A DNA stretch of 57,784 nucleotides from Candidatus Micrarchaeota archaeon. GTDB lineage: Archaea > Micrarchaeota > Micrarchaeia > Anstonellales > Anstonellaceae. This document shows, in pieces, positions 53,801-57,784 of the stretch (the stretch's first letter is position 1; each line of letters begins with the position of its first letter). A program made the translations under genes and the position numbers. Location of the stretch: assembly GCA_018304295.1 (NCBI GenBank), contig JAGVWK010000046.1, positions 1 through 57,784 on the forward strand. Reading direction: 5' to 3'. The notes beneath the pieces were generated by a model, which was not told the origin of the DNA, searched no databases, and was given only the letters and a program-made list of their open reading frames with translations.

Positions 53801-54949
53801 GATGAGGGGGACGCAGCAACAGCCCTTGAGCTTGCAAGCAAGGTTTCCTTTGCCACTGCTTACGCGCAGGAGGAATACACATCGCAAATAGACTCACTTG
53901 GCACTTCCATCTCATCAATGGAGGAAAGCCTTGGGACGCTTTCAGAAACGCCTTTTTGGAAGGAAAACACTTTGGCGGAAAAAATAAGCGCCTCGCGCTC
54001 CCTTTTGCACGACCCGCAGCTTGCTCCCCAAACGCGCCTTGCAAAAGCAAAGGCAATGCTCCTTGATGCTGCCGGGGACGTTTCAGCGCTCCAACAAAGG
54101 CTTGAAAAGAACGCCACCCAATACTCTTCACTTGAAAGCGGCCCCCAAGCCCTGCAGCTGTTGCATTCCGCAAGGACAAGCATACTTTTTGGGGACAGCG
54201 CGCTCGCACTTTTACAATGCGTGCGCGCAGCGCTTCTTTTGCAGCAGGCGCAAAACGAGGCTGCGGCACTGCAACTGCAGCAAGCCGGCAACGTTACCCT
54301 GCTTCTTTTGCAGGCGCAGGAGCAGGATGCGCAACTGGACTCGCTACTTGAAAAATACTCCGCAGAATACGAGGACGCAAAGGCTGCAAGGCTTGGAAGC
54401 GTGTTTTCAAAAACCCCAACTGAAATAAAAGCCGGGCTTGCGCAAATTGCCAAGCAGATTGCCTACCTTCAAAAAGAAGACGCATCAGCATCGGAATTCC
54501 AGAAAGCGCTTGATTCCAAGGCTTCCCTCCTTCTCTTTATGCAGGATTCACTTTTGCGCCTGTCAGAGCAGTCCAACTCCTCCCTTCTGATAGCGCACTC
54601 AGGGGTTTTGGAGCTTGAAGAAAAAGCGCAAAGCGCGCAGCAAAAGCAGCGGGCAGCACAGCTTTCCTCCGCATTGCTTTCCGCCTCTTCGCTCCATGCG
54701 CAGGGCAAATACTCCCAGTCCATATATGCAAGCAGCCAGGTTGCAAAAAGCGCAAGCGCCGCGCTTGGCGAGCTTCCAGCAGGGGAAGACAACACTGGCA
54801 TCATTGTTGCAGCAGTCTCGTTCATCTTTGCAGCCTGTGCAATCGCATACCTTGTTTTCGCAGGGAAAAAAGGGGGCGGAATGCAAATGGGCCCAAAGAG
54901 CCCTTTGCAAAAAAACAGCGTGCCAGATGCAGCTGCTCCCGACTGCTAG
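50885..54949 (+). CDS. Giant (1354 aa) surface protein with an N-terminal signal peptide, long A/L/Q/S-rich helical regions, a central beta-rich region and a C-terminal TM anchor
   Basis: Signal peptide MRGFRLALIFFLLVPMLFALSQP and anchor IIVAAVSFIFAACAIAYLVFAGKKGG. There are many N-x-S/T sequons. Confidence 0.8.
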   Translation: MRGFRLALIFFLLVPMLFALSQPQNSNATLSQARLPVSFQPFYANPQWLAQTGGSELGTLRIHSTNAQHSLNALKIGEMDELAAEDFLQMLSAQEAKDYAQAATHLQLAAQHRKNALANATIAASLWEHATDAGLGVDSLAADALLYAPSIVATQGAIAQLHFAYLAQRALDYIVFALSYGPYFESSSSEYLLAFSHADSAVNAAAMQAEKAAGGLEFSGMCDSTFPPPACAGWRNFVFEASLQQCPQQQEATSAGAYACARIAALSLNDPPTFTSPQALASLRMHEKYNSLVGKPQWVQQGTQQQSLLVGLLMLARESTAALSLAQDGHATASQTHKSVLAQAQDALERAQAQQYWKLGIASGFEDTNSKPELSDALSFYERFEHSKSLVQQSSTQLSLAQSSYSSASRGYLLFSTDAHASGIAQAQAALEILGELEEDSLALLQKASSLCTKRLLDAQLKLQLSPPSAASRASLAAAKIEKAQEQLSLAPSKNSGSAYEAYLLACENAQAAIALLESQVTDDGSLQEAEKMLAGAKKDGLEISYEQYLFSSAKIALTSEWAGKDAHIGAVGLLQSIRDSLLEKESAALEQWQQRYERLLAFEDDAQLSSEISSFSSQYVRDGKISSALALGELDNISFGILRLEEAAQGRTLSIASLQLSQNAQLEILRSSFWPTKEGTVFGIIRTSSGQLNATHVPFSIPCGFELRMQDLQGVPQWLESISYNPQSRILQLQISNATAGTQYEAYFERSLPAPPALIVSSLVRSTEGTSVRTLRTINFNAQLDAQGMLFYPLPQGAVLLSSTLNSNSLEGSIVAQNGTHFAAPASVPKGANTLEIYYMLENAFEASSTYSSASMGAKTSIAHTLSIYNVSDSLNGAQLFFGSPAGIFGFSTTASRAGALMGASSLEGASGGYVLEIGNIMQGDSVQFFITYSIENSSYVEEFISMREKTAQALNDSAAQSYLFAARSKLDEGDAATALELASKVSFATAYAQEEYTSQIDSLGTSISSMEESLGTLSETPFWKENTLAEKISASRSLLHDPQLAPQTRLAKAKAMLLDAAGDVSALQQRLEKNATQYSSLESGPQALQLLHSARTSILFGDSALALLQCVRAALLLQQAQNEAAALQLQQAGNVTLLLLQAQEQDAQLDSLLEKYSAEYEDAKAARLGSVFSKTPTEIKAGLAQIAKQIAYLQKEDASASEFQKALDSKASLLLFMQDSLLRLSEQSNSSLLIAHSGVLELEEKAQSAQQKQRAAQLSSALLSASSLHAQGKYSQSIYASSQVAKSASAALGELPAGEDNTGIIVAAVSFIFAACAIAYLVFAGKKGGGMQMGPKSPLQKNSVPDAAAPDC

Positions 54950-55100
54950 GCTCGCACAAAACCGCCACATTTACCAACATGTGCTGTGGTGAACAAATGG
55001 GTGTTTTGACCCTGTAAGTTTCCAAGCAGCCACTCTTTCTGAAAAACGGTTACGACGAAAACGATTTTTGGGTGTGGCTAACATGCGCTTTAGGCGCACA

Positions 55101-55109
55101 TTTTTAAAA
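55101..55109 (+). promoter_or_regulatory. TATA-like box (tttttaaaa) 23-31 nt upstream of ATG 55132
   Basis: Spacing is the same as at other leaderless genes here. Confidence 0.4.
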
Positions 55110-55131
55110 TTTGGGCAGGTAATGCTCCCGT

Positions 55132-55668
55132 ATGGGAGCAGAAAAGCAAAAACAGAAAGAAAAGGCATCTGTTGGCGGGCCTTCGGACATTCTCAAAAAT
55201 CCCGCACTAAGGCATCTTTTGCTTGTTGGCGGCTGCTCGCTGCCCGGTGCGCTCATCATTGCTATTTTTCTGCTTGCGGCTTCGGTCCCAAACCTGCTGC
55301 TTTCAGACATAGAGTTCCTCTCGCTTGTGTTCCTTCCGACAGTATGTGTTTTCCCAATAATAGGCGGCTGCGCAAGCGCAGGGGCGCTTTTCCGCTTTTC
55401 AAAGGAAACGCCTGAAAAATCCGATGCGGCCGCTGTTGGCGCTCTTGCAGGGCTTGCAGGCTCGCTGCTGGCCGCATTTTTCATGGTGGCCGCATTTTTC
55501 CTTGGCATGCTGCCTTTTGGCGGGCTTGTAACGGGCGCGCTTTTCAACATAGTATCCGCCCTAATAGTTGTTTTTGTCTGTGTGCTGCTCTCGCTTGCAG
55601 GCGCGGTCGCATGCGCGGTTTTCCTTGAACAAAGGAAAAAGCATCAGGCGCAGACAAAGTTGCAATAA
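55132..55668 (+). CDS. Polytopic membrane protein (178 aa, about 4 TM helices)
   Basis: Hydrophobic segments LLLVGGCSLPGALIIAIFLLAA, VFLPTVCVFPIIGGCA, LAGLAGSLLAAFFMVAAFFLG and FNIVSALIVVFVCVLLSLAGAVA. Confidence 0.65.
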   Translation: MGAEKQKQKEKASVGGPSDILKNPALRHLLLVGGCSLPGALIIAIFLLAASVPNLLLSDIEFLSLVFLPTVCVFPIIGGCASAGALFRFSKETPEKSDAAAVGALAGLAGSLLAAFFMVAAFFLGMLPFGGLVTGALFNIVSALIVVFVCVLLSLAGAVACAVFLEQRKKHQAQTKLQ

Positions 55669-55745
55669 AACGCAAGTCGCAGTAAGGACGGAAATCACAG
55701 TAAGGCGGCCAAGCCCAACCGCAGCCGCCCATGCGGGGTGCACGA

Positions 55746-55991
55746 ATGGCTTATATTGAAACCCTTCTTTCTTCCTGGCAATCCATACTATCAGGAATCG
55801 CACCCATAATATCCGTCATACTCATTGTGCTGGGTGGCATCATATATGGCATTGCACAGACGCAGCCGGGCGAGCAGCGGGGCAAGTGGCAGGCAGCCGC
55901 GATGGCCATGCTTGCCGGCGGGATAATCGTTGCCGCCATTTCCGGAGCCGCAACGCTTATCCGCGACACCTCCATGAAAATACTCACATAG
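55746..55991 (+). CDS. Small two-TM membrane protein, VirB2/TrbC (T4SS-pilin)-like
   Basis: ILSGIAPIISVILIVLGGIIYGIAQTQPGEQRGKWQAAAMAMLAGGIIVAAISGAATLI aligns with the window-edge ORF (1..320) around IVLG(A/G)(V/I)IY. Confidence 0.55.
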   Translation: MAYIETLLSSWQSILSGIAPIISVILIVLGGIIYGIAQTQPGEQRGKWQAAAMAMLAGGIIVAAISGAATLIRDTSMKILT

Positions 55992-56494
55992 TGCGCCTGC
56001 GCGCCTTTGCTTTTTGCGCATTTTTGGGCGCACTTTTTTTGGGCATTTTCCACGGGTGCCTTGGCAATCCCATCCGGCTAGTCCACTTCAAACAGCCAGC
56101 GGCTGCCTTTTGCCTCCCGCCATTTTATTATGGATGAAAGAATGGATTCCACATCCTTTCCCTGCACTTTTCCCACCATCCCCTCGTTTTTTTCCCCTTT
56201 CATTTTTCCACCCCTTGCTCTTGCATATGAACTACTCCTCCCCCATATATACCAGTTCACCGCAGAGTTTTTTTCGCATGGGCAGAAAAACACATTTTTT
56301 TTGCCGATTATAAAAATACTGCCAAGCAGCCATGCATTGCATGCGACCGTGCCCTGCTCAACCGCCCGCGCCTTTTTTGCGCGTAGCAAAAACCGCGCAT
56401 TTTTTTGACGCTTGTCTCCCCGTTGGAACCAGCATTGGCAATTTTTTCTCAATTTTTCAGTAAACTATATTAATTTTAATGCCCAAAGTAAAAT

Positions 56495-57460
56495 ATGGCA
56501 GCAGAAGTTGACGCGCTTGACTATAAAATAATGCACGAGCTATACCTGAACTCAAGGGTACCCCTTAGCGCGCTTGCAAGGAAATTGCGCATGTCAAAGC
56601 AGCGCGTGAACTACAGGATACAGAAGCTGCTCAAGGAAGGCAGCATAAAGGCGTTCATAACAATGACAGACCGCGCCCGCATCGGCTACACGTACGACAT
56701 GTTCTGCTACGAGACAAGCCCTTTTTCAGAGAGGCAGGAGCAGGCGGTTTTCCGCAAGCTTCTTGCTCTCAACCCAACCATCCTCTTCAAGTGCGAGGGC
56801 AAATGGAACATAATGGCGGGCTTTGTTGAGAAGAGCATATATGATCTCGCGCAAAAGCAGCAGCAGATGCGCTTCATTCTTCGCGGGCACATAATAAAGG
56901 AATACCATCTGCTGCACATGCAATCCCTGCGCTACCGCATGCCTCAAAGCGACGAGGACGTGCATTCGCCCATCTTTTCCTCAGGAAAGAAAACCGACGT
57001 CATCAGCATAGACGAAAAGGACGTGAAGGTGCTGCGGGCGCTAAGCAACAATGCACGCGCCTCCTACCTTGAGCTATCAAAAATGCTGCGCATGCCGCCG
57101 GAAACAATACGCTACCGCATGAAGCAGCTGCAAAAGAACAAGGCAATACTCGGCTTTTCAATAAGCGTTGACCCGAACCTTCACGGGATGCACCACTACC
57201 GCGTGTATGTGAAGCTTAGCATACCAAACCGCCAGACTCTTGAAAAAATACTCTCGCACGTTTCCTCCATACCCCAAGTTACGCGCATAATAACCCTTGT
57301 GTCGGACTATGATTTCTGCTACGACGCGGTCGTGGATGGCGGGGTGGAGATTCGCAAAATAAAAGCCGCGCTTTCGCACAAGTTCTTCCGCAACATAGTT
57401 GAGCAGGAGGCAATACGCGTTTACGAGGAATACCGCTACAGCCACTTTCCCATCCTCTGA
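56495..57460 (+). CDS. Tandem Lrp/AsnC-family transcriptional regulator (two HTH_AsnC + RAM-like units)
   Basis: Two copies of the LDxxDxKIL..L..N.R.S...L-type N-terminal HTH: ALDYKIMHELYLNSRVPLSALARKLRMSKQRVNYRIQKL and IDEKDVKVLRALSNNARASYLELSKMLRMPPETIRYRMKQL. TATA-like actatattaa lies 22-31 nt upstream. Confidence 0.8.
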   Translation: MAAEVDALDYKIMHELYLNSRVPLSALARKLRMSKQRVNYRIQKLLKEGSIKAFITMTDRARIGYTYDMFCYETSPFSERQEQAVFRKLLALNPTILFKCEGKWNIMAGFVEKSIYDLAQKQQQMRFILRGHIIKEYHLLHMQSLRYRMPQSDEDVHSPIFSSGKKTDVISIDEKDVKVLRALSNNARASYLELSKMLRMPPETIRYRMKQLQKNKAILGFSISVDPNLHGMHHYRVYVKLSIPNRQTLEKILSHVSSIPQVTRIITLVSDYDFCYDAVVDGGVEIRKIKAALSHKFFRNIVEQEAIRVYEEYRYSHFPIL

Positions 57461-57479
57461 TTTTGCCGCCTTAGTTGCC

Positions 57480-57784
57480 TAGGCGCGGGAAACCCAACGG
57501 CTTGAGCCGTTGGATGAAAGCGCCCCATTTCTTCTTATTTTATCAATCAAAAATAGAGCCAGCGGCGGCGCGCGGCGCTACCGCGCCGCCATCAGTCAAT
57601 CACCGCCGTTGGAGTTGCCGTCATGGCTAGTGGAAACTTTGTATCTGGAAATCGCAGCATAGGCTTAAATCAATTCCATTTTGAGTGGTGCCCAAAATAC
57701 CGCCACGACGCAATGGAGAGCCAAAACGTGGTGAGGCTGCTGGAGCAGTCCATCCTCACCACGGCACAAAAATACAAAATCATA
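57480..57784 (+). mobile_element. Left end of an IS200/IS605-family element (subterminal hairpins + 5' part of tnpA); continues beyond the window
   Basis: Two perfect hairpins lie upstream of a Y1-transposase N-terminus: CCAACGGC-ttga-GCCGTTGG (57494-57513) and GGCGGCGCG-9nt-CGCGCCGCC (57564-57590). The exact boundary is unknown. Confidence 0.65.
57623..57784 (+). CDS. tnpA: IS200/IS605-family transposase TnpA (Y1/HUH), N-terminal 54 codons only
   Basis: MASGNFVSGNRSIGLNQFHFEWCPKYRHDAMESQNVVRLLEQSILTTAQKYKII. The H-hydrophobic-x-W-C-P-K-Y-R signature matches IS608-type YHIVWCPKYRR. Confidence 0.75.
   Translation, partial: MASGNFVSGNRSIGLNQFHFEWCPKYRHDAMESQNVVRLLEQSILTTAQKYKII

Noticed and set aside
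55992-56060. GC-rich short inverted repeats and T-runs after the VirB2-like gene, and cgcgc-cttttttg-cgcg near 56368-56384, as terminators.
   Set aside because: The stems are only 4-5 bp. Archaeal termination mostly relies on oligo-T tracts. This is plausible but not supportable as discrete features.
56078-56452. Minus-strand ORF in the 500-nt gap before the Lrp-like gene. A 41-aa version (56203..56078, MKGEKNEGMVGKVQGKDVESILSSIIKWREAKGSRWLFEVD) has a GGGGTGG SD-like site.
   Set aside because: It is too short and has no family assignment. The upstream part of the track ORF is low-complexity. The support is not strong enough to list it as a feature.

Overview
This is a compact archaeal chromosome segment. 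Diagnostic genes include r-proteins L31e, L39e, LX, S19e and S26e, aIF6, prefoldin alpha, FtsY, an Sm protein, Orc1/Cdc6, RpoE'/Spt4, SepF and GGGP synthase, plus one tRNA-Ala(GGC). I cannot assign a lineage from sequence alone. The S26e + SepF + class I GAPDH mix and the many charged low-complexity tails suggest an uncultivated or DPANN-like archaeon. Many genes look leaderless, with a TATA-like octamer about 22-31 nt upstream of the ATG. The core blocks are 1.5-9.7 kb, 17.5-23.8 kb and 40-50 kb. The standout region is 23.8-34.6 kb. It holds five co-directional paralogues of a ~520-aa cytoplasmic Cys-rich protein that I cannot place in any family. Each paralogue is an internal duplication of a ~255-aa module. 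Two nucleotidyltransferase/wHTH pairs interrupt the array, one of them clearly AbiEii/AbiEi-like. The paralogues show near-identical nucleotide tracts at their 3' ends. The array abuts a HerA/VirD4-like ATPase with a ~270-aa acidic tail, a PIN-KH ATPase and a MazF-like TA pair. Other accessory content: a five-gene class-III-signal (type IV pilin-like) cluster with no assembly genes, followed by a 958-aa repeat protein. There is also a 1354-aa anchored surface protein next to a VirB2-like small membrane protein, which has a paralogue at the left window edge. An IS200/IS605 left end lies at the right edge. Two housekeeping genes (dtdA and an SDR) carry single-base frame disruptions in homopolymers. 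No CRISPR array or rRNA was seen.
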